Assembly (NCBI GenBank): GCA_001802945.1
Contig: MHAK01000018.1
Coordinates: forward strand, 10,941 to 74,940
Length of the DNA: 64,000 nt
Direction: 5' to 3'
Source of the DNA: Ignavibacteria bacterium RIFCSPLOWO2_12_FULL_56_21
GTDB lineage: Bacteria; Bacteroidota; Ignavibacteria; UBA10030
The position numbers and the translations under genes are program-made. The notes under the pieces were generated by a model. That model saw nothing but the letters and a program-made list of their open reading frames with translations, searched no databases and was not told where the DNA came from. Below, one piece after another: positions 56,289 to 64,000 of the stretch. Each line of letters opens with the position of its first letter. Position 1 is the first letter of the stretch.

Positions 56289-57088
56289 TCGTCAAAGATG
56301 AGGCCGTCGTACTACGGGGACTGAAATACGGGGACACGTCCAAGATCGTGACCCTGTATACGCGTGACCATGGTCGCGTCACCGTCTTGGCCAAAGGCGC
56401 TCGCGCGCGGAACGCAAAGTACGGGTCCGCACTGGAGCCGGGCAGTCGCATCTTGGCAGTGTATTATTCTAAAGAGACCCGGGAAATACAAACGCTTTCA
56501 CAAGCGGACGTCATCGAGCCCTTCCGTGTTGTCGCGTCATCGCTCCCGTCATTGGCGGCTGCATTGCAGATGCTCGAGGTAGTGTATGACATCTCGTTTT
56601 CCGGCCATCCTCACCGCGAGGTGCACGACCTCCTCGTCGATGGATTACGTACACTGGACAAAGTCTCCGAAGGCCTTCCGCAGGTGTTGATCGGATTCCG
56701 GCTTCACGTCGCTTCCTCGCTGGGATTTGCCCCTTCCCTGTATGGATGCATCCGCTGCGGGAGCCCAATCGAACCGGAAGACGGCACGATGGTCCGATTC
56801 CACATTCCAAGGGGTGGACCTATGTGTAAGCGCTGCTTCGGAGAAATTCGGGAACAGCGAGGACAGACGGCGGCCGAGGGATTTTGGACCGATCACGTCA
56901 TTCATGTGCGAACGCTCACGGCATTGAAGGAACTTATGACCGTACCTCTCGTAGAATCGCATACTGTAGCATGCGACCACGACACAAGGAACGAATTGGA
57001 ATCGACGCTGCGTTTGTACGAACGCTTTCATGTGGAACGATCACGCCCATTGCGGACCGCAGCTCTCGTTCGCGACGTCGTGGTATGA
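56285..57088 (+). CDS. recO: DNA repair protein RecO
   Basis: N-terminal OB-fold (MIVKDEAVVLRGLKYGDTSKIVTLYTRDHGRV), C-terminal zinc motif CIRCGS...CKRC. Start set at the ATG that overlaps the mtnA stop. Confidence 0.8.
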   Translation: MIVKDEAVVLRGLKYGDTSKIVTLYTRDHGRVTVLAKGARARNAKYGSALEPGSRILAVYYSKETREIQTLSQADVIEPFRVVASSLPSLAAALQMLEVVYDISFSGHPHREVHDLLVDGLRTLDKVSEGLPQVLIGFRLHVASSLGFAPSLYGCIRCGSPIEPEDGTMVRFHIPRGGPMCKRCFGEIREQRGQTAAEGFWTDHVIHVRTLTALKELMTVPLVESHTVACDHDTRNELESTLRLYERFHVERSRPLRTAALVRDVVV

Positions 57089-57109
57089 ACAAGGAGGAAG
57101 AACAGCATA

Positions 57110-58662
57110 TGTCTACACGATCAATTCTCGTCGCAGTGGTGCTAATATCCCTCGGCATCGTCTTCGGTGTACTGCTTGTCTCGGGATGGAAGGGCGTCGG
57201 CGTTTCGTTTGCAAGTCAGGAAGTTCAGTTGGGCGCCCAGAAAGCTGCGTCGAAGGCCAATCCAACCCTGAAGGCGATCAACGACGCCTACCATGAAATA
57301 GCTGCGGCGGTGACCCCGACGGTCGTCTCTATCACCGTCAAGACGTCGGGTGAGACGGGAGATGAGGAAAGTGGCGGCGGGCAATTCTTTCACAGATTCT
57401 TTGGTCCGGATTTTCGCATGCCGCGGCGCGGACCTGAACTCGGAGCAGGTTCGGGCGTCATTTTGACTCCGTCAGGGTACATTCTTACGAACAATCACGT
57501 CGTCGAGAATGCGGCGAAGGATGGGATCACTGTGCGGCTCATGGACACGCGGGAATATCAGGCAAAGTTGATCGGCACGGATAAGTATACCGACCTTGCC
57601 GTTATCAAGGTTGAAGCGAGCGGATTACCGGTTTCGGCCCTGGGCAACTCCGACGAAGTAGAAGTCGGCCATGTCGTATTCGCCTTCGGCAATCCCCTGG
57701 GCCTGACGTCGACGATGACACAAGGGATTGTCAGTGCGCTGGGCCGTCAGATCCGGATTATTGATGATGAGAATACTGGGTACGGTATTGAGAACTTCAT
57801 CCAGACGGATGCGGCGGTCAATCCAGGGAACAGCGGAGGAGCGCTCGTGGATATCAACGGTGCCGTCGTTGGCATCAATACGGCGATCGCAACGACCAAC
57901 GCCCGGTATCAGGGATACAGTTTCGCCATCCCGATGAATCTGGCAAAGAAAGTGGCCTCCGATATTATCAAATACGGTGCAGTTCGACGGGGCTTCATTG
58001 GCGTGACGATCCAGTCCGTCGATGCCGTGACCGCAAAGGCGGCCGGCCTCGAAAAGCCTCAGGGCGTGATCGTGCAGGAAGTGAAACCGAACAGTGCCGG
58101 TGAAGAAGCCGGGCTTCAACCGCTCGATATCATCATTTCGGTCGACGGTCGAGAAGTGAATACGGCGAACATGCTCCAGAGCATCGTCGCAAGCAACGAT
58201 CCCGGCGAGTCCGTGACTTTGAAAGTGTTTCGCAACAAAAAGATGATCGAAAAGAAGGTCACGCTGAAGCCCAGGGAAGACGATAGCGCGGTTGTAGCGG
58301 CAACCGACAGCAAGGAAGAACGACCTCCTTCAACCGAACATTCGACCACAAAGCAGCTTGATGTGGATGAACTTGGGTTGTCAGTCCGCGCCATGGACCC
58401 CGGAACAAAGAAAACATACGAAACGGACAAAGGCGTCATCGTTGTTAAAGTGGAACCCTTTGGTCCCGCAAGCAATCGCGGTCTCGAACGTGGCGACGTG
58501 ATACTCTCGATCGGGGATAAAGACGGTCGCCACAAACCGTTAGACTCGCTGGACGATTTCAAAGAGACGATTGGCAAACTACGCCCGGGCGATGCGGTGA
58601 TGCTCCGCGTCAAACAGGCCGATAAGCGAGTGAAGTACCTGGCTGTGGAAATTCCCAAATAG
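57110..58662 (+). CDS. htrA: HtrA/DegP/DegQ-family periplasmic serine protease (trypsin domain + 2 PDZ)
   Basis: SD AGGAGG upstream of ATG 57110; N-terminal TM/signal; catalytic triad context (…TNNHVV…D…GNSGGALVD); two PDZ domains. Confidence 0.88.
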
Positions 58663-58683
58663 GGCTTCCTGTCGAAAAAAGTG

Positions 58684-58719
58684 AGGCGCGTCCGGTTCCC
58701 GGGCGCGCCTTTTTCGTTT
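58684..58719 (+). terminator. Rho-independent terminator after htrA
   Basis: Stem aggcgcgtccgg/ccgggcgcgcct with loop ttc, followed by ttttcgttt; an A-run upstream makes it potentially bidirectional. Confidence 0.7.
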
Positions 58720-58785
58720 CCGGCAGATTGCCCTTGCCGTCATTTTCGAGTATGTTTCGTATGAAACCAGCACATCGAGGCTTAC

Positions 58786-59985
58786 GTGATCCGGTATTTG
58801 ACTGCAGGAGAATCACACGGGAAAGCGCTAGTGGGCATCGTCGAAGGCCTGCCGGCAGGTATCACCATCACTTCCGACTACATCAATCATCAACTCAAGC
58901 GTCGTCAGCAAGGATTCGGCCGAGGTGCCCGAATGCGGATCGAATCTGATCGTGTGGAGATTCTCTCAGGTGTGCGATTTGGGAAGACATTGGGCAGCCC
59001 ATTGTCCCTCGCGATATGGAACAAGGACAACGAGAACTGGCTGGAACGGATGTCGGTGGAAGGTTCCGGCGAAGGAGTTGAACCGATTGTGATTCCGAGG
59101 TCGGGTCATGCTGACTATGCGGGCGCTGTTAAATATGGATTCACGGATATTCGGAACGTGATCGAACGGGCGAGCGCACGCGAAACGGCGATGCGGGTGG
59201 CATGCTGCACCATTTTGCGCAAATTCCTCGAGGAAGTCGGAGTGTTCGTTGGCAGTCATGTGATCGCCATCGGTCAATCGTCGATCATCGACCGATCAGC
59301 GATCGATCGTCGCATCAAGCGCCTGACCACGGCTTCATGCGGAGCGTATAAGGTTACCGAGGAAGCCGATAGATCCGACGTCCGCATGCTTGACGCGAAA
59401 GTTGCACAAAAGGCAATGCGCGAGATCCGAAGCGCAAGAAAATCAGGCGACACCATTGGCGGTGTTTTTGAAGTGCTCATAAGCGGCATCCCTGTCGGCT
59501 TGGGAAGTCACGTCCAGAGCGATCGCAAACTCGACGGACTTCTCGCCCAGGCGCTAATGTCAATTCAGGCGATAAAAGGTGTCGAGATTGGCGGGGGATT
59601 TCGGAATGCAGGAAGGCCAGGGTCGGAGGTCCATGATCCATTTGTTGTGAATAACGGGTCGATTCGGAGGAGGTCGAATAACGCAGGCGGATTGGAAGGC
59701 GGTATGTCCAATGGAGAGAATATTGTGCTTCATGCAGCAATGAAGCCGATATCAACGCTGGCCCATCCATTGGCGTCGGTGAACATTCAGACGGGTAAGG
59801 CGTCACCGGGCAGGTATGAAAGATCTGACGTGTGCGCAGTCCCCGCGGCCTCGGTCATAGGGGAGGCTGTCGTTGCGCCCATACTTGCGAGTTCTTTTCT
59901 GGAAAAGTATGGTGGCGATTCCCTGGACGAAATCCGTTCACATATTTACAAAACGGAGGGGAAAAAGAGGAAGAAAGGCCGTTAA
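58786..59985 (+). CDS. aroC: Chorismate synthase
   Basis: N-terminal RYLTAGESHGKALVGIVEGLPAG and conserved AroC motifs throughout; 399 aa. Confidence 0.92.
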   Translation: MIRYLTAGESHGKALVGIVEGLPAGITITSDYINHQLKRRQQGFGRGARMRIESDRVEILSGVRFGKTLGSPLSLAIWNKDNENWLERMSVEGSGEGVEPIVIPRSGHADYAGAVKYGFTDIRNVIERASARETAMRVACCTILRKFLEEVGVFVGSHVIAIGQSSIIDRSAIDRRIKRLTTASCGAYKVTEEADRSDVRMLDAKVAQKAMREIRSARKSGDTIGGVFEVLISGIPVGLGSHVQSDRKLDGLLAQALMSIQAIKGVEIGGGFRNAGRPGSEVHDPFVVNNGSIRRRSNNAGGLEGGMSNGENIVLHAAMKPISTLAHPLASVNIQTGKASPGRYERSDVCAVPAASVIGEAVVAPILASSFLEKYGGDSLDEIRSHIYKTEGKKRKKGR

Positions 59986-59998
59986 ACATTGGCTGTTC

Positions 59999-60027
59999 TT
60001 GACTCTGGTATTGGATTCCATTATATT
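59999..60027 (+). promoter_or_regulatory. Sigma-70-type promoter (TTGACT-17-TATATT)
   Basis: TTGACT at 59999-60004, a 17-nt spacer, and TATATT at 60022-60027, about 70 nt upstream of the HNH gene start. Confidence 0.5.
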
Positions 60028-60095
60028 TTTTTTGAGTCAATTTGACGTATCCCTCAAGAAGATAGTGAAGCAAGTGCTCTAACTCCATTTGGAGG

Positions 60096-60647
60096 TTGCC
60101 AGTCTTCAGCGCGAAAGCAGATGAACATCGTGGCATAGGCCTGCAGGGCCACAAGGTCCTTGTGCTCAACCATAACTACGAGCCTTTGAGCGTCTGCAAC
60201 GTTCGAAAAGCTGTTGTTTTGCTGTGGCTGGGAAAGGCCGAGCTTATCGCGGCCACCGAGGGGAAGGTCCTCCGATCCGTCTCTCGAACGATGCCGTTTC
60301 CAAGCATCGTTCGCCTGTCAGTATACGTCCGCATTCCCTTCAAGAAGATCGTTCTGTCCCGCAAAAACGTCCTTCGCCGCGACGGTCACCAGTGTCAGTA
60401 TTGCGGCCGGTCGGATGTAACCCTGACTGTCGATCACATTATTCCGCGCGCTCATGGCGGAGACGAAACGTGGGAGAATTTGGTGGCCGCTTGTGTAGGC
60501 TGCAATAATCGAAAGGGAGATCGAACCCCCAGCGAAGCAAACATGCAGCTCAAACGCAGGCCTATTCGTCCGAATCATGTCATGTTCATACGTCATTTCG
60601 TCGGTTCTGTTGACGACCACTGGAAACCGTATCTTTTCATGAACTGA
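60096..60647 (+). CDS. HNH endonuclease family protein
   Basis: Conserved N-terminal block (KVLVLNHNYEPLSVCNV) and HNH motif HQCQYCG...DHIIPRAHGG...NLVAACVGCNNRKGD. Start codon uncertain (TTG 60096 lies immediately after GGAGG). Confidence 0.7.
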   Translation: MPVFSAKADEHRGIGLQGHKVLVLNHNYEPLSVCNVRKAVVLLWLGKAELIAATEGKVLRSVSRTMPFPSIVRLSVYVRIPFKKIVLSRKNVLRRDGHQCQYCGRSDVTLTVDHIIPRAHGGDETWENLVAACVGCNNRKGDRTPSEANMQLKRRPIRPNHVMFIRHFVGSVDDHWKPYLFMN

Positions 60648-60703
60648 GCATTTCGCAGAGAGCAAACCCCCTGAAAAGTCTGAAGAAAGTCATCCTGAGC
60701 GGC

Positions 60704-61654
60704 ATGCGCCCGACCGGGCGATTGCACCTCGGACACCTGGTGGGAGCCCTGGAAAACTGGGTGTCCCTGCAGGATGAATACCAGAATTATCACCTCATTG
60801 CTGATTATCACGCGCTCACGACAAATCCCGACACTCGCGGTTTGTATGAGAACTCCATTGAATTGCTGATTGACTGGCTGGCCGCGGGTCTGGACCCCGC
60901 ACGAAGCCCGATGTTTCGTCAATCACAAATTAAGGAGCATGCCGAACTCCACCTTATTTTCTCCATGTTGATAACGACGGCGCGATTAGAGCGCAACCCG
61001 AGTCTGAAGGAGCAGGTGCGTGATCTGGAGCTCAATTCGGTGGTGTATGGCCACCTCGGATATCCGGTTCTCCAGGCTGCGGACATTCTCCTATACAAAG
61101 GCGACCTTGTGCCCGTAGGAGAAGATCAAATACCGCACGTCGAGATCAGCCGGGAGATCGCGCGTCGATTCAACTCCCAGTATGCCGAAGTGTTTCCTGA
61201 GCCCGCGGGCAAAGTTTCAAAATTTCCGAGGTTGCCGGGCCTCGACGGCAAGAAAATGAGCAAGTCGCTCGGGAATGCGATCCTGCTTTCCGATGGACCG
61301 GACGAAGTATGGGCCAGAATGCGCACTGCCGTAACGGACCCGCTGAAGGTACGTCGCAATGACCCCGGTCGGCCCGACATATGCCTGGTGTTCTCGTACC
61401 ATCAGAAGTTCAATCCGGGCGAGCTGACGGAGATCCGGGCGGGTTGTGAAAGCGGATCCCTCGGATGCGTCGACTGCAAGAAACGATGCGCCGACAGGAT
61501 CTCGGAGACGACCGCGCCGTTGCGTGAACGCCGGGCGTATTTTGAGCAACGAAGGGATGCAGTGAAGGAAATTCTCGCTGATGGTGAGCGTCGCGCACGC
61601 GGGGTCGCCCAATCAACCATGCTGGAAGTACATTCGGCAATGGCGCTCGGATGA
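60704..61654 (+). CDS. trpS: Tryptophan--tRNA ligase
   Basis: Class I motifs TGRLHLGH (HIGH) and KMSKS. No in-frame ATG or GTG precedes the conserved ILSG, so the N-terminus may be slightly longer with a rare start. Confidence 0.88.
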   Translation: MRPTGRLHLGHLVGALENWVSLQDEYQNYHLIADYHALTTNPDTRGLYENSIELLIDWLAAGLDPARSPMFRQSQIKEHAELHLIFSMLITTARLERNPSLKEQVRDLELNSVVYGHLGYPVLQAADILLYKGDLVPVGEDQIPHVEISREIARRFNSQYAEVFPEPAGKVSKFPRLPGLDGKKMSKSLGNAILLSDGPDEVWARMRTAVTDPLKVRRNDPGRPDICLVFSYHQKFNPGELTEIRAGCESGSLGCVDCKKRCADRISETTAPLRERRAYFEQRRDAVKEILADGERRARGVAQSTMLEVHSAMALG

Positions 61655-62394
61655 GCACAGCCTCTCCTGTGTCCACATACGCTGTCAAACTCCATGATTT
61701 TGAAGGTCCGCTCGACCTGTTGCTATTCTTTATTAAGCGGGATGAACTGGACATCTACGATATTCCGATCGCCCGCATAACGAAGGAATTCTTTGGTTAC
61801 ATCCGGTACATGCAGGAGCTCGACCTCGAGGTCGCCGGCGAGTTCCTCGTCATGGCTGCGGAACTGATGCAGATCAAAGTGCGCATGCTGCTGCCGCCGG
61901 ACCCGGCGGCAGGAGAAGATGAGGCAGACCCCCGGGCCAGCCTCATTAAACGCCTGGTCGAATACAAGCGATTCAAGGAAGTAGCCGAAGGAATGAAAAC
62001 GCTCGAAGCCGATGCGATGCTTGTGGCACCGCGGGGGTATCGCGATGCGGACGAAGCGACGGTGCCGGAAGAAACAGCCGGAGACCTCGTTCGCGACGTG
62101 AGCTTGTTCGATCTCATCGCGTCGTTCCAGTTTGTCATGGATCGCATGCCCAAGCGGTCCGTGCACGAGATCGTGCGGATCAACGTTACGGTCGAAGAAC
62201 AGATGGCGTTCATCGTTGATTTCTTCTCACGAAGGTCGGAAGTCACATTTGCTGAACTGGTCGTCGACATGAAAGAGAGGATACGCGTTGTCGTCACGTT
62301 CCTTGCGTTACTTGAGGTCATTCGTGCCGGAACGGTGATCGTTCGTCAAATGGGCCCGTTCGGAGAACTCTCCATTATGAGGAGCGTGTTGTGA
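61651..62394 (+). CDS. scpA: Segregation and condensation protein A
   Basis: ScpA N-terminal motif FEGPLDLLLFFIKRDELDIYDIPIARIT; overlaps the trpS stop. Confidence 0.85.
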   Translation: MSTASPVSTYAVKLHDFEGPLDLLLFFIKRDELDIYDIPIARITKEFFGYIRYMQELDLEVAGEFLVMAAELMQIKVRMLLPPDPAAGEDEADPRASLIKRLVEYKRFKEVAEGMKTLEADAMLVAPRGYRDADEATVPEETAGDLVRDVSLFDLIASFQFVMDRMPKRSVHEIVRINVTVEEQMAFIVDFFSRRSEVTFAELVVDMKERIRVVVTFLALLEVIRAGTVIVRQMGPFGELSIMRSVL

Positions 62395-63557
62395 CAATCG
62401 AACCGACGCTGATGCAGCCGGAGGTCCAGGACGATCGTGCTAAGGCTCTGGTCGTACCCTCGACGCTGCGAAGTCTGATCGAAGGGCTGATCTTTGCGGC
62501 CGAAGAACCATTGTCGATCAAACAGCTGAAAGCGATCTTTGAATACAGCGCCCCCCCGGGAAGCGGGGTGGAAGAACGGAAACTCGACGCCGATTCTATC
62601 CGCAGTATCATTTCCGGTCTGAATCAGGAGTACGCGCAGGCCGACAAGCCGTTTCGAATTCTCCAAATCGCAGGGGGCTATCAGTTCGCGACGCTGAAGG
62701 AATACGCCGACTGGTTGGGGAAACTTCGGCGGGAACAGGCACGGCGCAAGCTTTCCCAATCGGGCATCGAGACGCTGGCGATCATTGCGTATAAGCAGCC
62801 AGTAACCAAGGCGGAGATCGAATCGATCCGGGGAGTAAATTGCGACTACGTCCTTAAGTCGCTTTTGGAAAAAGAACTCGTGACCGTGACTGGCCGCGCG
62901 GAAACAGTGGGACGTCCTCTCCTGTACGGCACAACGCGGGAATTCCTCAAGCATTTTGGTCTCAATGAAGTGACAGACCTCCCGCGACCGAGAGAGATCG
63001 AGGAGATCCTCGGAGAGACGCAGTTCGAAACGGAACGTCGAATGCTTGAGGCGCAGGCGAACGTTGAGAAAGCGAAGGAAGACGAAGATTTCAAGAGCCG
63101 TCTTCCACACATTCCAAAACGTCAGTCCGGGCTTGCATCTTCGTCGGTGGAAATCGTTGCCCGCTCAAAACGACGCGAGGTCAAAACGGTACAGGGTCCG
63201 GAATTGCCTTTTGTCAAGCCTGAACAGGCTGTCCCCGCACCTCTTTCTGGGGAGGTTGCGCCCGAATCGCAAGATGGTATCGCGGCCGGCGACGAAACCG
63301 TTATAGAACCTGAGCACCAGGACCTCACGGCACAACCGTCAGGTGAATCTCCAACCGCTCCGGAGGTCGTTGTCGGATCAATGGCGGCGACTGAGGCTCC
63401 GTCAGAGCAGGCTTTCACGCCCGTGGAATCCACACATCTTCCATCGGATGGTTCCCTGCCCGACAAATCAACGACAACGCAGGTTGAAGGGAACAAGAAT
63501 CGATGGCAAATGTGGAAGGAAAAGATCCAGGGTTACATCCGGCGCCTGTTCGACTGA
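62391..63557 (+). CDS. scpB: Segregation and condensation protein B with long low-complexity C-terminal extension
   Basis: Two winged-helix ScpB repeats (LIEGLIFAAEEPLSIKQLKAIF ...) in the first 200 aa. The remaining 190 aa are an acidic, Pro/Glu/Ser-rich tail. Confidence 0.8.
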   Translation: MTIEPTLMQPEVQDDRAKALVVPSTLRSLIEGLIFAAEEPLSIKQLKAIFEYSAPPGSGVEERKLDADSIRSIISGLNQEYAQADKPFRILQIAGGYQFATLKEYADWLGKLRREQARRKLSQSGIETLAIIAYKQPVTKAEIESIRGVNCDYVLKSLLEKELVTVTGRAETVGRPLLYGTTREFLKHFGLNEVTDLPRPREIEEILGETQFETERRMLEAQANVEKAKEDEDFKSRLPHIPKRQSGLASSSVEIVARSKRREVKTVQGPELPFVKPEQAVPAPLSGEVAPESQDGIAAGDETVIEPEHQDLTAQPSGESPTAPEVVVGSMAATEAPSEQAFTPVESTHLPSDGSLPDKSTTTQVEGNKNRWQMWKEKIQGYIRRLFD

Positions 63558-63571
63558 ACCGCTTTCTCGCC

Positions 63572-64000
63572 ATGGCCGGACTCGGCTCACGACGTAAAAT
63601 GGACGTTCTCATAGCGTCCGGAGCCGTTACCGTCAACGGTACCCCCGCCGCAACTCTCGGAATCAAGGTCGATCCCCTTCGCGATCGTGTCGTCGTGAAC
63701 GGCGCCACAGTCGGTTTGGCAGAAAAACCTGTGTATATTCTGCTCAACAAGCCGAAGGATTGCATCACTACCCTGAGCGACGAGCGGGGACGCACCACGG
63801 TGATGGAGTATGTTCATGTCCGCCAGCGCGTGTTTCCCGTTGGCAGGTTGGACAGAAATACAACAGGGGTCCTGATCCTCACGAATGACGGCATGATGGC
63901 CCACGCACTCCAGCATCCTCGGTATGAAGTAGAACGGCTATACCGTGTGACGCTTACGCGCGGCATCAGCGATGACGACATCAAGAGGCTGCGAAAGGGC
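63572..64000 (+). CDS. RluB-type pseudouridine synthase (S4 domain + catalytic domain), 3'-truncated by window end
   Basis: MAGLGSRRKMDVLIASGAVTVNG (S4), then VYILLNKPKDCITT...GRLDRNTTGVLILTNDG; reading frame is open to the window end. Confidence 0.75.
   Translation, partial: MAGLGSRRKMDVLIASGAVTVNGTPAATLGIKVDPLRDRVVVNGATVGLAEKPVYILLNKPKDCITTLSDERGRTTVMEYVHVRQRVFPVGRLDRNTTGVLILTNDGMMAHALQHPRYEVERLYRVTLTRGISDDDIKRLRKG

Overview
This 64-kb window is a chromosomal segment from a GC-rich bacterium. One secreted protein (50101-52050) carries a C-terminal T9SS sorting domain, which suggests an FCB-group (Bacteroidota/Ignavibacteriota/Chlorobiota-like) lineage. Yet three promoters match the sigma-70 consensus TTGACA-N17-TATATT, which is not the Bacteroidetes-type promoter. 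Most of the window is ordinary housekeeping content, and several genes are translationally coupled by ATGA or GTGA overlaps. Recognisable genes include uvrC, an LhgO-like oxidoreductase, gdhA, a pyrR-pyrB-pyrC operon with a PyrR attenuator leader, a 1280-aa multi-pass sensor histidine kinase followed by yfiH and glmS, prmC, dtd, comEC, a methylmalonyl-CoA-mutase catalytic subunit, mtnA, recO, htrA/degP, aroC, trpS, scpA and scpB. A glycan-catabolism-like neighbourhood contains a GH38 alpha-mannosidase, a NAGPA-like phosphodiester glycosidase, an SSF symporter, an amidohydrolase and an M2 (ACE-like) peptidase. Two tRNA loci (tRNA-Val at 3306, tRNA-Phe at 22661) are each followed or preceded by partial tandem copies of the tRNA and by short CCCGCC/GGCGGG hairpin (REP-like) elements. 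The second tRNA-Val copy is interrupted by a 97-bp double-hairpin insertion. The most interesting region lies directly downstream of tRNA-Phe, at 23140-28882 on the minus strand. It is a tightly coupled six-gene operon encoding three radical-SAM enzymes (two rSAM-SPASM, one B12-binding rSAM), a SPASM-like Cys-cluster protein without the rSAM motif, a GT9-family glycosyltransferase, and a 116-aa peptide. The peptide's C-terminal 57 residues are an almost perfect (X-X-Tyr)n three-residue repeat rich in Ser, Asn and Tyr. It follows a strong Shine-Dalgarno sequence and has a Tat/lipobox-like leader. This looks like an undescribed RiPP-type (radical-SAM cross-linked, possibly glycosylated) peptide system. 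A second unusual locus (3884-8813, minus strand) encodes two paralogous PEP-synthase/PPDK ATP-grasp (PPDK_N-like) proteins. One is fused to an N-terminal GAF domain and a C-terminal pol-beta nucleotidyltransferase domain.
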